The notes under the pieces are model-generated. The model was not told where the DNA came from, did not search any database, and saw only the letters and a program-made list of their open reading frames with translations. The translations under genes and the position numbers were made by a program. A DNA stretch of 64,000 bases from Candidatus Undinarchaeales archaeon (GTDB taxonomy: Archaea; SpSt-1190; JASMDC01): positions 64,001-128,000 of the forward strand of contig JASMDC010000004.1 of NCBI GenBank assembly GCA_030753015.1, read 5' to 3'. Below, piece by piece: positions 1 to 9,280 of the stretch; position 1 is the first letter of the stretch; every line of letters begins with the position of its first letter.

Positions 1-1798
1 CCTGTACGAACACGCTCGCTGCGGGACCGTTCTCCGGATGCAGATAGACATAGTCTATACCGTAGCGATCAAGGAGACCGCAATCCCCTTTGACCATGCG
101 CTCCGTGTCCGCCAGCGCCTCCTTGTAATCGATACCGACGAACTCCATATTGATGTACCACCCCATATACGTCCTTCTCCCCGCGAGCGAGGTCACGGCA
201 CTGTAAGGATTGAAGAAGTAGCTATCTTTGTACGGCGGTGGTGTGAGCAAAATTGCATCGGGCGGCGTATTGTCGCGAACCCATTCCGCGACCGCGATGG
301 AATCGTTCGTGAACAGGATGCTCGGGCTCGATAAGGTCGGATTATCGGGATCAAACATGAACATGGGTCCGAGATAGAGCACGCTCGATGCGAGCACGGG
401 CACGACAAGGATAAGCCCGATAGGTCCCTTTCGTAGGGCTCGTAAAGCACCCTCGCATAATACGGGAAGTGAGCCCACCAACCAAAGAACGACCATCTTC
501 GAACTGTCCCATTCCTTTGGCTGGAGTATAACGATATTCGGGATGATGAGTAAGGGCAAGGATGCGAGGACGAGAACGCGGGCCGACCGTGGGAGGCCTC
601 GAAGACCAAGAGCGTACAGAATGAGCATGAAGCCGAGGTTCTTTATCCAGAATCCCGCGACCTCGAGCGGACCAGTACCCTCGTCAAGCATCCACCACCA
701 TGACTGACGTATGAAACCCTGCTGAGAGAACTGACCTGACATGGCCATGACCTGCGGGATGGCTAATATGGCTATTGGAACGAGAAAACAGAGTGCATCG
801 GAAGCGCCGCGCTTGTCACGAAGCTCCATGAGGGCCACCCCCGCGAACACAACGCAGGAGGCGAGGAAGGAGTGCGCATGATACATGGGGAGGAGGCCCG
901 CGATAAGGCCCGCGAGAGCGAGCTCATAACGCCGGTTGGCGCATCTTTTTGACACGGCCCTTCCCAATAGCAGGAGTATTGCAGAGAAAGCGCAGATTCC
1001 TATCACGGTCGTACGCTGTGGGAGCAGGAATGCCCAGACGGTATTGTGGATGTGGAAACCAAGATCTGATAGACTGAGCGGGTTCCTGATCCCGTAGGCC
1101 GAGGCATAGAGGAACTGGAGGCCACCTGCATAACAGAGCAGGATCGGTGCGAGGCTAGCTACATGATCGTCCTCAAGCACATGCCGGACAAGGGAGTAGA
1201 CCAGGGTCGCACAGCAGGCGTACATCACCATGTCCGGCACGAGGAGCGAGAGCCGCAGGGATGCACCAAGGTCCACGAGTATGGCCGATATGAAATCTAT
1301 CAGGAACGGATACCTCACGGGAATGGACGGGAAGAACGGATAGACGGGAGGTATGTTGCCGCCGTAAGTAAAGGACGAAATGAGCGACAGATGGAAGGGT
1401 ATGTCCCACCACGTTTGCTGCTGTGAATACATCCCCTCGGGCCCGCGAGGGATGTTCGCCAATGACGCAAGAAGCCATAGCGGAACGAGAACGACGAAAA
1501 GAGCTGCACTGAACGTGATCGGAAGCGTGTAGGAGCGGCGGGACGGACGTGAGATGGCAAGCGACAGGAGCGCCAGAGTGCACACGACCGACATCGACAG
1601 GAGGGGTGAGAGACCTCCCTTCAGGACCGTCAACTGGTAGATGATATGCCCTGTCAATAGCGTACCGAGAACGAAGGAAAGACAGCCTTGGGTCTCAGTG
1701 GGCAGGTCATCCAACCTGGAGACGGGGCCAAAGCCGACGACCATACAGAGGGCCAGGAAGATGAACGGTCCAAGCACGGCAGGAAGCACGTCAATCAA
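1..1798 (-). CDS. Polytopic membrane protein, GT-C-like glycosyltransferase (3' end outside window)
   Basis: Not in the ORF track because it has no stop in the window. Manual translation from TTG at 1798 gives MIDVLPAVLGPFIFLAL...WWDIPFHLSLISSF...GNIPPVYPFF...YPFLIDF...EWVRDNTPPDAILL...LAGRRTYMG...YGIDYVYL, with many hydrophobic segments. Confidence 0.7.
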   Translation of the reverse strand, partial: MIDVLPAVLGPFIFLALCMVVGFGPVSRLDDLPTETQGCLSFVLGTLLTGHIIYQLTVLKGGLSPLLSMSVVCTLALLSLAISRPSRRSYTLPITFSAALFVVLVPLWLLASLANIPRGPEGMYSQQQTWWDIPFHLSLISSFTYGGNIPPVYPFFPSIPVRYPFLIDFISAILVDLGASLRLSLLVPDMVMYACCATLVYSLVRHVLEDDHVASLAPILLCYAGGLQFLYASAYGIRNPLSLSDLGFHIHNTVWAFLLPQRTTVIGICAFSAILLLLGRAVSKRCANRRYELALAGLIAGLLPMYHAHSFLASCVVFAGVALMELRDKRGASDALCFLVPIAILAIPQVMAMSGQFSQQGFIRQSWWWMLDEGTGPLEVAGFWIKNLGFMLILYALGLRGLPRSARVLVLASLPLLIIPNIVILQPKEWDSSKMVVLWLVGSLPVLCEGALRALRKGPIGLILVVPVLASSVLYLGPMFMFDPDNPTLSSPSILFTNDSIAVAEWVRDNTPPDAILLTPPPYKDSYFFNPYSAVTSLAGRRTYMGWYINMEFVGIDYKEALADTERMVKGDCGLLDRYGIDYVYLHPENGPAASVFVQ

Positions 1799-1854
1799 AT
1801 TATAAGTGTTGATATGGCGGGGTGGTCGATCCGTCACAGGTGTCCATATACAGG

Positions 1855-3201
1855 TTATCCTTGACCGGCCCCATCCCATCGAAGGTATGCCTTCACGTCA
1901 TCGACCGCTGTCGCTGAGGCCTGGATTGTATTGTTGATGTTCCTGCTGAAGGGATAGACCTGGAAGCTTCCTGCCATGAAGAGCCCTTCGATATCCGTCC
2001 TGGGGCGAGGCATGTGGTCGCCATACTCCGTCAAGAACTGCGGTGTCGCGTACTCGTCTCTGGCAAGGGCACTCCAGATGACGTCCTCTTCGCTGAGGTC
2101 CGGGAAGATCCTCTCAAGGCCTGTGAGCACCTCGTGTCGAATACGAGCCTCGTCCATCGTCCACCATGGGTCCGACGTATCGAGATATCTGAAAATATAC
2201 ACGATGTGCTCACCCGTATAATCATTTTCTGGAACAAGGTTGGTGTGCTCGATGATACCTCCGAAGGGAAGCCCTTCATCCAGAATATTGAGCCAGTAGT
2301 ATGGCATCAATCGGCGCTTGAGGCCAATGGTCAGGCAGAGGACGGCACGGTAGCTGATTCGGGAGAGACGTGCTCTTGTCTCGGAGGGGGGATTACTCAA
2401 CAGTTGGAGAAGCAATGGGATTGGAAGGGTATTCAGTACTGCATCCGATCTGATTACTTCCTCTGTACCATCGATATTGACCCTGATAGAGAACCCGGTA
2501 TCACTCCGTTCGAGGGAACGCACATCGGCCCCAGTCGCGATGTGTCCCCCCCTTTCCTCGATGCCCCTCTTCCATGCCTCGATGAGCCGGTGGAAACCGC
2601 CATGGATATAGCCGAGCCTCTCTTTGACCATGCCAGGACCACGAGCACCGACGCGGGCTTGTAGGCGACCGCCCACGAACGCCGCGGAGGCCTTGTCCAT
2701 CGATAATCCGAACTTCGTGAGGAGCAAGGGACGGAACATCTTCCTGTAGATCGATTCTCCATATGTCGCAATGAGCCAATGCTCGGCATCCACCCCATCA
2801 AGATGTTCCCAATCGAGCTCTCCCCTCATTCGCAGAGTCTGGACGCCCAACCTGATCCTCTCAATCAAGTTCAGTGGACCGAATCGCAACAGGTCCAATG
2901 GCGTGTTCAGATCGTAGAATGTTCCCTCGAAGTAGAATCCTGTCTTTCCTGAACGCCACATTACATCGTCCGCCAAGCCCATCTCGTCGAGAAGTTCGAG
3001 GAGCGAAGTGTCGGTGGGAAAGATATGGTGGTAGTACCTCTCGATGCGATAGGTCGTTCGATCATGGTCCGAACAGAGCCCCCCGAGACTGTCCTCTTTC
3101 TCGATGAGCAAGGGAGTAACACCGGCCTTTGCTAGGAGGTACGCTGCATGAAGACCGGCTACGCCGCCACCAAGGACCGCGATACGGACGTCCTTTATCA
3201 T
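1855..3201 (-). CDS. FAD-dependent oxidoreductase (amine oxidase/protoporphyrinogen oxidase-like fold), glycan-cluster associated
   Basis: Rossmann motif IAVLGGGVAGL...EKEDSLGGL and YYHHIF; overlaps the GT2 stop. Confidence 0.85.
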   Translation of the reverse strand: MIKDVRIAVLGGGVAGLHAAYLLAKAGVTPLLIEKEDSLGGLCSDHDRTTYRIERYYHHIFPTDTSLLELLDEMGLADDVMWRSGKTGFYFEGTFYDLNTPLDLLRFGPLNLIERIRLGVQTLRMRGELDWEHLDGVDAEHWLIATYGESIYRKMFRPLLLTKFGLSMDKASAAFVGGRLQARVGARGPGMVKERLGYIHGGFHRLIEAWKRGIEERGGHIATGADVRSLERSDTGFSIRVNIDGTEEVIRSDAVLNTLPIPLLLQLLSNPPSETRARLSRISYRAVLCLTIGLKRRLMPYYWLNILDEGLPFGGIIEHTNLVPENDYTGEHIVYIFRYLDTSDPWWTMDEARIRHEVLTGLERIFPDLSEEDVIWSALARDEYATPQFLTEYGDHMPRPRTDIEGLFMAGSFQVYPFSRNINNTIQASATAVDDVKAYLRWDGAGQG

Positions 3202-4154
3202 GGTCCGATTCTCTCTCGTATCGAATAGTTACGGGTAGAGGCCATTCTATAGAAGATCCGTACTTGTACCTCGAAGAGGAAGCCGAAACATATGAACAGG
3301 AAGCCAAGGATGACGCATACTATCCCGATGAGCTGGATGGGCCCGATGAACACTTCCTGGCCGATGACAAAGAAGAGATAGATCTGTTGGCCAAGCTTCA
3401 GTGCTCCTGCCAAGAAACCGGTAATGACAAGGAAGAGTCCGAGACGACCGAAGAGGTGGAGCGGTCTGTTGGAGAAGGTGGACCAGAAAGTTATGTACAG
3501 AAGGTCCAGGATCCCGTTCACGAGTCGGGCCGAGCCGTATTTCGTAACACCATGTCGCCGGGGATGGTGCGTCACCGCCACTTCGGCGATACGAAATCCT
3601 TGTGCATGGAGGAGCGCAGGGATGTAGCGGTGCATCTCACCAAAGAGGTCGAGGTGGCTCACCGCCTCTCGCGAGAAGCATTTGAGGGTGCAACCCGAGT
3701 CGTGGATGTCAAGCCCGGTCAGTCTTTTATGGAGCCAGTTCGATATGAGGGAGGGAAAGCGCTTGGAGAGAAATGGGTCCTTCCGGTCCGATCGCCACCC
3801 TGTCACGACATCGAAGCCCTCGTCCATCTTCTCAAGAAGCTTCGGGATGTCCTCCGGATCGTTCTGGAGGTCGGCATCGAGAGTTATGATGACCTCACCC
3901 TGTGCTTCCTTGAAACCGGCGTCCATGGCCGCGCCCTGACCGAAGTTCCTCCTGAAAACGAGGGCGCGGACCTTGGGGTCCTTCTGAACGAGTCCAGCAA
4001 GGACCTCACGCGTCCCGTCACGGCTCCCATCATCGACAATGATTATCTCGTAGGAACGCTCCATCCTCTGGAGGGTAGCCATCAGAGCATCATAGAGTTC
4101 GGGAATACTCTCGGCCTCGTTGAACGCAGGAACAATGATTGATAGCTCCACCAT
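3198..4154 (-). CDS. GT2 polyprenol-phosphate glycosyltransferase (DPM1/ArnC-like)
   Basis: MVELSIIVPAFNE, IVDDGSRD, RNFGQ, LDADLQNDP, two C-terminal TM helices. Start trimmed to ATG 4154. Confidence 0.92.
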   Translation of the reverse strand: MVELSIIVPAFNEAESIPELYDALMATLQRMERSYEIIIVDDGSRDGTREVLAGLVQKDPKVRALVFRRNFGQGAAMDAGFKEAQGEVIITLDADLQNDPEDIPKLLEKMDEGFDVVTGWRSDRKDPFLSKRFPSLISNWLHKRLTGLDIHDSGCTLKCFSREAVSHLDLFGEMHRYIPALLHAQGFRIAEVAVTHHPRRHGVTKYGSARLVNGILDLLYITFWSTFSNRPLHLFGRLGLFLVITGFLAGALKLGQQIYLFFVIGQEVFIGPIQLIGIVCVILGFLFICFGFLFEVQVRIFYRMASTRNYSIRERIGP

Positions 4155-4223
4155 CCTTTGACGAACATGTAATGCATCGCCTTCTTTTTTAAATGTGATA
4201 ATTACTCCATAGGTTGTTTTCCC

Positions 4224-6173
4224 TTGTGCGGCATATGCGGTATTACATGGGATGATCCGGATCTCATCAAGCGTATGAGCATTGTCCTGGGACACCGCGG
4301 AACCGACGACGATGGGATCTACACCAGCAGCGGAGTCTCCCTGGGCCATCGGAGATTGTCCATCATCGACCTTGAGGGTGGCCATCAACCCATTACGAAC
4401 GAGGACGGGGACGTCGTCGTCTGTGCCAATGGCGAGATCTATAATCATCAGCGACTCCGCGCTCAGCTCGAAAAGCAGGGGCATTCATTCTCCACTGATT
4501 CGGACACGGAGGTTATTGCACATGGGTACGAGGAGGACGGTCCCGCATTTTTCGGGAAGCTCAACGGCATGTTCGCAGTGGCGGTCTGGGACGAGGGAAC
4601 CGGATCATTGGTGCTCGCACGCGACCGTCTCGGGATAAAGCCGCTCTATTACACCCGGGTCGGCGACAAGCTTCTGTTCGCCTCTGAGATCAAGGCGCTC
4701 CTCCAATACGAGGGGGTTCCTCGAAGGCCCGACATGCAAGCTCTCGCTCACTTCATGACCTTCCGATACACCCCTTCCGCACAGACCATGTTCGATACCA
4801 TCCACGAGGTCCCACCCGGCCATGTATTCGTTGTCAGGAATGGCCGAATCGCCAAGACCATCAGGTATTGGGAACTAGACGAGGTCTTCTCAGGGACCAC
4901 ATCATCCGCTACCTCGCCGAAGGAAATGCGAGGGATCCTCACCGAGGCGGTCCGCCTCCGTCTCATGAGCGATGTTCCTTTGGGTGTCTTTCTTTCCGGT
5001 GGTATCGACTCCTCGATCATCGTGGGCCTCATGAGCGAGATGATCGACGAGCCCATCTCCACGTTCAGCGTCGCATTCGATGCCGAAGAGCCCATCAACG
5101 AGGCACGGTTCGCCCAACTCGTCGCCGATCGGTTCGGTACCAACCATCATGTGCTGACGGTCGAGCCTAACAGCATCGATCTCCTGCCGACCACCATCTG
5201 GCATCTCGACAATCCTGTATCCGATCCGACGATCATTCCCGAGTATCTCATCTCCGAGCTCGGACGTAAACATGTGAAGACGGTCCTTACCGGCGAGGGA
5301 GCGGACGAGATCTTCGGAGGATATATGCAGTACAAGGTCATGTGCCTTGGGGAGCGGTACTCCCGCCTTTTACCGCCCCGTCTGCGCCGTCTTGTCGCAC
5401 GTACTGCTCTTGCATCAATACCTGATGCCCTCCTTGACAGGCTCTTTCCGTACGCGACCGCCCTTGGCACGAAGGGACGTGAGCGTGCTCTCTCCTATCT
5501 TGAGAACATCGAGGACCGAGCACGGACCTTCGTTACACTCCGGTCCTTCTTCTCGGAGGATGAGAAGGCAGAGCTCTACTCACCCGAGCTCCACGATACG
5601 GAGGTCCGACAACAGGGATACATCCCTGAGATGGAGCCGTTCTTCTCGAACGGAGGTACCCGCTCGCTCCTTGACCGGCTCATCCTCATCGACCTCGAGC
5701 GCCGACTTCCCCACTTCATCCTTCATAAGACCGATAAGATGATGATGGCGCATGCGCTTGAGGGCCGGTTCCCCTTCCTCGACCATCGCCTTGTAGAGTA
5801 CTCTTTCAAGATACCCTCTGATATGAAGCTGCGAGGGACCACGGAGAAGTATATCCTCAGGCAGGCATTCTCCGATATACTCCCGCCCGAGATCAGGAAG
5901 AGAAGGAAGCACCCCTTCATCGTTCCCATGAAATCCTGGATCGACGAGAACCTCAAGGGACTCATCCCGAGCATCATCGAGGGCTCTCCCATATGCAGGG
6001 GAACGTTCCTCCGCAAGCGTACGATCGACAGGATCGTTCGTGACTTCGACTCGTCACCCCTCTACTATGGCCGACAGCTCTGGTCGATCCTCACGCTCGC
6101 CATCTGGCATCGCATCTACATCGAGTCGGATGATATCACGAGGCCCCAGCTCGACCTCGAGCGCCTGTTCTAA
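4224..6173 (+). CDS. asnB: Asparagine synthase (glutamine-hydrolysing) family amidotransferase
   Basis: N-terminal MCGICG, HRRLSIID, NGEIYN, LSGGIDSS, LTGEGADE, RFPFLD. Confidence 0.93.
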   Translation: MCGICGITWDDPDLIKRMSIVLGHRGTDDDGIYTSSGVSLGHRRLSIIDLEGGHQPITNEDGDVVVCANGEIYNHQRLRAQLEKQGHSFSTDSDTEVIAHGYEEDGPAFFGKLNGMFAVAVWDEGTGSLVLARDRLGIKPLYYTRVGDKLLFASEIKALLQYEGVPRRPDMQALAHFMTFRYTPSAQTMFDTIHEVPPGHVFVVRNGRIAKTIRYWELDEVFSGTTSSATSPKEMRGILTEAVRLRLMSDVPLGVFLSGGIDSSIIVGLMSEMIDEPISTFSVAFDAEEPINEARFAQLVADRFGTNHHVLTVEPNSIDLLPTTIWHLDNPVSDPTIIPEYLISELGRKHVKTVLTGEGADEIFGGYMQYKVMCLGERYSRLLPPRLRRLVARTALASIPDALLDRLFPYATALGTKGRERALSYLENIEDRARTFVTLRSFFSEDEKAELYSPELHDTEVRQQGYIPEMEPFFSNGGTRSLLDRLILIDLERRLPHFILHKTDKMMMAHALEGRFPFLDHRLVEYSFKIPSDMKLRGTTEKYILRQAFSDILPPEIRKRRKHPFIVPMKSWIDENLKGLIPSIIEGSPICRGTFLRKRTIDRIVRDFDSSPLYYGRQLWSILTLAIWHRIYIESDDITRPQLDLERLF

Positions 6174-6604
6174 AAGAGCATCACTCGGACCAGCGTCACC
6201 CCTCGACGGGAGCGGATGCGGTCGGCCAGGGAACGGACCTGGTCAAAGGAACCCTTGGCGAGGATGACCTCCATGCACCCCTCATGTGAAAGGTGGTGAT
6301 GCACCGTGGTGACGATGATGTCGTGGTACTCGTGCTGTGCGTCGAGGATGTCGGTCGCCACCCGCGGGACGTGGTGATCGTACACGAAGGTGATCACAGC
6401 CGAGCCGTACTGCCCCGCACGGTCAACCCCGCGCCAGCGCGCCATGGCATCACGTATGGCGTCGCGGATGGCCTCGGACCGGGTGGTATATCCCTCATCC
6501 CGGATCATGGCGTCGAAGCCCTCGAGCAGGGAGGAAGGAAGGCTCACGCCGATGCGTGTTATCCCTTCGTCTGCATCAGTAATATCCGTGTTATTTTTCT
6601 GCAT
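6170..6604 (-). CDS. nikR: Nickel-responsive regulator NikR
   Basis: RIGVSLP...FD...GYTTRSEAIRDAIR ribbon-helix-helix; HHHLSHEGCMEV nickel site. Confidence 0.95.
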   Translation of the reverse strand: MQKNNTDITDADEGITRIGVSLPSSLLEGFDAMIRDEGYTTRSEAIRDAIRDAMARWRGVDRAGQYGSAVITFVYDHHVPRVATDILDAQHEYHDIIVTTVHHHLSHEGCMEVILAKGSFDQVRSLADRIRSRRGVTLVRVMLF

Positions 6605-6609
6605 TGAAT

Positions 6610-6636
6610 GTGTTACTTGTGAAAAAATATTAATAC
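6610..6636. promoter_or_regulatory. Putative NikR operator in the nikR/cbiM divergent promoter
   Basis: Pseudo-palindrome GTGTTAC-N13-TTAATAC with an AT-rich spacer, the architecture of NikR sites. Confidence 0.55.
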
Positions 6637-6657
6637 TCGCCGATCAATCCTTTACAT

Positions 6658-7293
6658 ATGCACATCCCCGACGGGTTCCTCTCGATCCCCATCTGGGGGA
6701 TACTATGGCTGGTCACCATCGGCGTGGTGGGCTACGCCGTTCAGCAGACCGACCAGCGACTCAGCGAGAAGGCCGTGCCCTTGATGGGTGTGCTCTCGGC
6801 GTTCATCTTTGCCGGCCAGATGCTCAACGTCCCCGTTGCGACAGGCACCTCGAGCCACATGCTGGGTGGCGTGCTCGCCGCGGTGTTTCTGGGCCCCTGG
6901 ACCGCCACTATCATCATGGCCTCTGTGTTCACGGTTCAGTGCGTGCTCTTCCAGGACGGCGGGCTGCTCGCCCTGGGCGCCAACATCGTGAACATGGGCC
7001 TCATCTGCACCATCCTCGGCTACTATATCTTCCGAGCTGTGGAGAGTGTCGTGGGCGGTAGGAACGGGCTCCTCGCGGGCTCAGCTGTGGCAGCCTGGCT
7101 GGCGGTGGTCATCGCATCGGCTGCGACGGCCGTGGAACTGGCCGCTTCCGGAACCTCCCCCCTCAACATCGTGCTGCCCGCCATGGTGGGGGTCCACGCC
7201 ATCATCGGGGTCGTGGAGGCGGCGGTCACGGTGGCGGTGATCGGGTTCGTCATGAGGACGCGGCCTGACCTACTGGAACTGGAGAGGGTCTAG
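6658..7293 (+). CDS. cbiM: ECF Ni/Co transporter substrate component CbiM/NikM
   Basis: MHIPDGFL N-terminus; GTSSHMLGG; FQDGGLLALGAN. Confidence 0.95.
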   Translation: MHIPDGFLSIPIWGILWLVTIGVVGYAVQQTDQRLSEKAVPLMGVLSAFIFAGQMLNVPVATGTSSHMLGGVLAAVFLGPWTATIIMASVFTVQCVLFQDGGLLALGANIVNMGLICTILGYYIFRAVESVVGGRNGLLAGSAVAAWLAVVIASAATAVELAASGTSPLNIVLPAMVGVHAIIGVVEAAVTVAVIGFVMRTRPDLLELERV

Positions 7294-7305
7294 GAGGGGA
7301 TATGG

Positions 7306-7650
7306 ATGGAATGGAAGTACACTGCGCTCATCATCGCGCTTATCATGGCAGCTCTTCTCTCCCCTTACGCTTCGCCGGATCCCGACGGGCTGGAGAGGGT
7401 TGCCGAGGACAAGGGGTTTATAAAGAAAGGGGAGGATCACGACGTCTTCACAGCCCCCATACCCGACTACGAGGTCCCCAATCTGGGCGACGCGTTAAAG
7501 GGACCCGTCGCTGGCATCATAGGCACCCTGGTGACGTTCGGCCTGGGCATCCTCCTCGGCAGACGGCTCAATGGACCGGAAGGGGAGCGGGCCGAGGAGA
7601 AGGATCAAGGGACAGAGGAGGACGTGGGTTCGACCGGTCCCGCCCGGTGA
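7306..7650 (+). CDS. PDGLE-domain ECF accessory protein (NikN/CbiN-like)
   Basis: ASPDPDGLERVAED, APIPDY, two TM segments. Confidence 0.9.
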   Translation: MEWKYTALIIALIMAALLSPYASPDPDGLERVAEDKGFIKKGEDHDVFTAPIPDYEVPNLGDALKGPVAGIIGTLVTFGLGILLGRRLNGPEGERAEEKDQGTEEDVGSTGPAR

Positions 7651-7688
7651 GAACATTTTTCAAGCTTGCCTGCAGGAGCAACCACGCG

Positions 7689-8462
7689 ATGGAGATGGAG
7701 CATGACTTCCTTGACAAGTATGCACACATAGATGGCCCGGTCCAGCGACTGCACCCCCACCCCAAGATCCTACTGGCCGTGCTCACCATCCTCCTCGTGG
7801 TGCTCACCTCCCCCACCAACACGGCACGGTTCGCGGGCGTGGGCATCCTCCTGGCCCTCACGCTCGCCGTCTCGGGCGTGCCCGCCAGCTTCGTCCTCCG
7901 CCGCTCCCTGGTGGTGCTCCCCTTCGTGCTCGCCGTGGCCCTCGGCGCCCCGTTCCTGGAGCCCGGGGCTGGCGGCCACGTCCCCATCGTAGCAGGTCTC
8001 GAGGTCCCGCGGGCGGGCCTCCTCGTCGTCTGGAACGTGCTCGTGAAGTCCTGGCTCTCGGCCGTCACCATGCTGCTCCTCGTATCCACTACCCCCTTTC
8101 CCTCCCTCCTTGACGGTGCCCGATCACTGGGCGTGCCACGGATCATGGCCCAGGTGATCGCCTTCATGTACCGCTATCTCTTCATCATACAGGACGAGCT
8201 CATGCGCCTCGTCCGAGCCCGGACGTCCCGGTCCATCGGGAACGAAGGGTTCCTGTGGCACGCGCGGACCGCCGGCGGCCTCCTGGGAAGCCTCTTCATC
8301 CGCTCGTACGAGCGCGGGGAACGGGTGTACCTCGCCATGGCGGCTCGCGGCTACGCTGGCGAGCTGCCCATACTCGAAAGGCAGAAGATGGCGTCGAGGG
8401 ACGTGGTAGCCTCCCTGGTCATGGTGCTCGTCCTTGCCTGCGTCGCGGGGGTGACCCTGTGA
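7689..8462 (+). CDS. cbiQ: ECF transporter T component CbiQ/NikQ
   Basis: RLHPHPKI, STTPF, FMYRYLF, LFIRSYERGERVYLAMAARG. Start trimmed to ATG 7689. Confidence 0.92.
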   Translation: MEMEHDFLDKYAHIDGPVQRLHPHPKILLAVLTILLVVLTSPTNTARFAGVGILLALTLAVSGVPASFVLRRSLVVLPFVLAVALGAPFLEPGAGGHVPIVAGLEVPRAGLLVVWNVLVKSWLSAVTMLLLVSTTPFPSLLDGARSLGVPRIMAQVIAFMYRYLFIIQDELMRLVRARTSRSIGNEGFLWHARTAGGLLGSLFIRSYERGERVYLAMAARGYAGELPILERQKMASRDVVASLVMVLVLACVAGVTL

Positions 8463-9280
8463 AGGCCGTAGAGGTGACAGGGCTGAGCTACGCCTACCCC
8501 GACGGCACCCGCGCCCTGCGCGACGTGGACCTCTGCATCGATGAAGGGGAGTCGGTGGCGCTGCTCGGGCCCAACGGGGCGGGGAAATCCACCCTCCTGC
8601 TCCACCTCAACGGCGTACTGGCGGTGTCCGACCGCGTCCACATCGGCGGCCTGCCCGTCCTCCAGGAGAACCTTTCCGAGGTGCGCCGCCGGGTGGGCCT
8701 GGTGTTCCAGGATCCGGACGACCAGCTGTTCTCCCCCTCCGTGTTCGATGACGTCGCTTTCGGCCCGTTGAACCTGGGCGTGCCACCAGACGAGGTTCGC
8801 AAGCGCGTCGACGCTGCCCTCGAGAAGGTGGGGATGGCGGGGTACGGCGATCGTTCCCCGTTCCATCTGAGCTTCGGCGAGCGGAAGCGCATCGCTCTCG
8901 CTACGGTGCTCTCCATGGAGCCGAGCCTCCTCGTCCTCGATGAGCCCACCAGCAACGTCGATCCCCGAGCGCGACGCGAGATCATCGAGCTCCTACGCGG
9001 GATGGGACTTACCAAGGTGATCGCCAGCCATGACATGGACATGGTGGCGGAGCTCTGTGATCGCGTGATGGTGCTCGCGGAGGGTCGCGTCGTAGCCGAC
9101 GGACCGGTGGATGAGATCCTGACCGACGTCGAGCTCCTCGAGAGGAACGGCCTAGAGCCGCCCTCCTCCGTCAGGGTCCTCTCCATGCTCGGTGTACGGC
9201 ATCCCCCCGTCGTGCTCTCTCCGGAGACCGCGCGAGAGGCCCGGGACCAGGTCCGACGGGACGGGAGCCGCTCGCCATGA
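8459..9280 (+). CDS. cbiO: ECF transporter ATPase CbiO/NikO
   Basis: GPNGAGKST, VFQDPDDQLF, LSFGE, LDEP; GTGA overlap with cbiQ. Confidence 0.95.
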   Translation: MKAVEVTGLSYAYPDGTRALRDVDLCIDEGESVALLGPNGAGKSTLLLHLNGVLAVSDRVHIGGLPVLQENLSEVRRRVGLVFQDPDDQLFSPSVFDDVAFGPLNLGVPPDEVRKRVDAALEKVGMAGYGDRSPFHLSFGERKRIALATVLSMEPSLLVLDEPTSNVDPRARREIIELLRGMGLTKVIASHDMDMVAELCDRVMVLAEGRVVADGPVDEILTDVELLERNGLEPPSSVRVLSMLGVRHPPVVLSPETAREARDQVRRDGSRSP

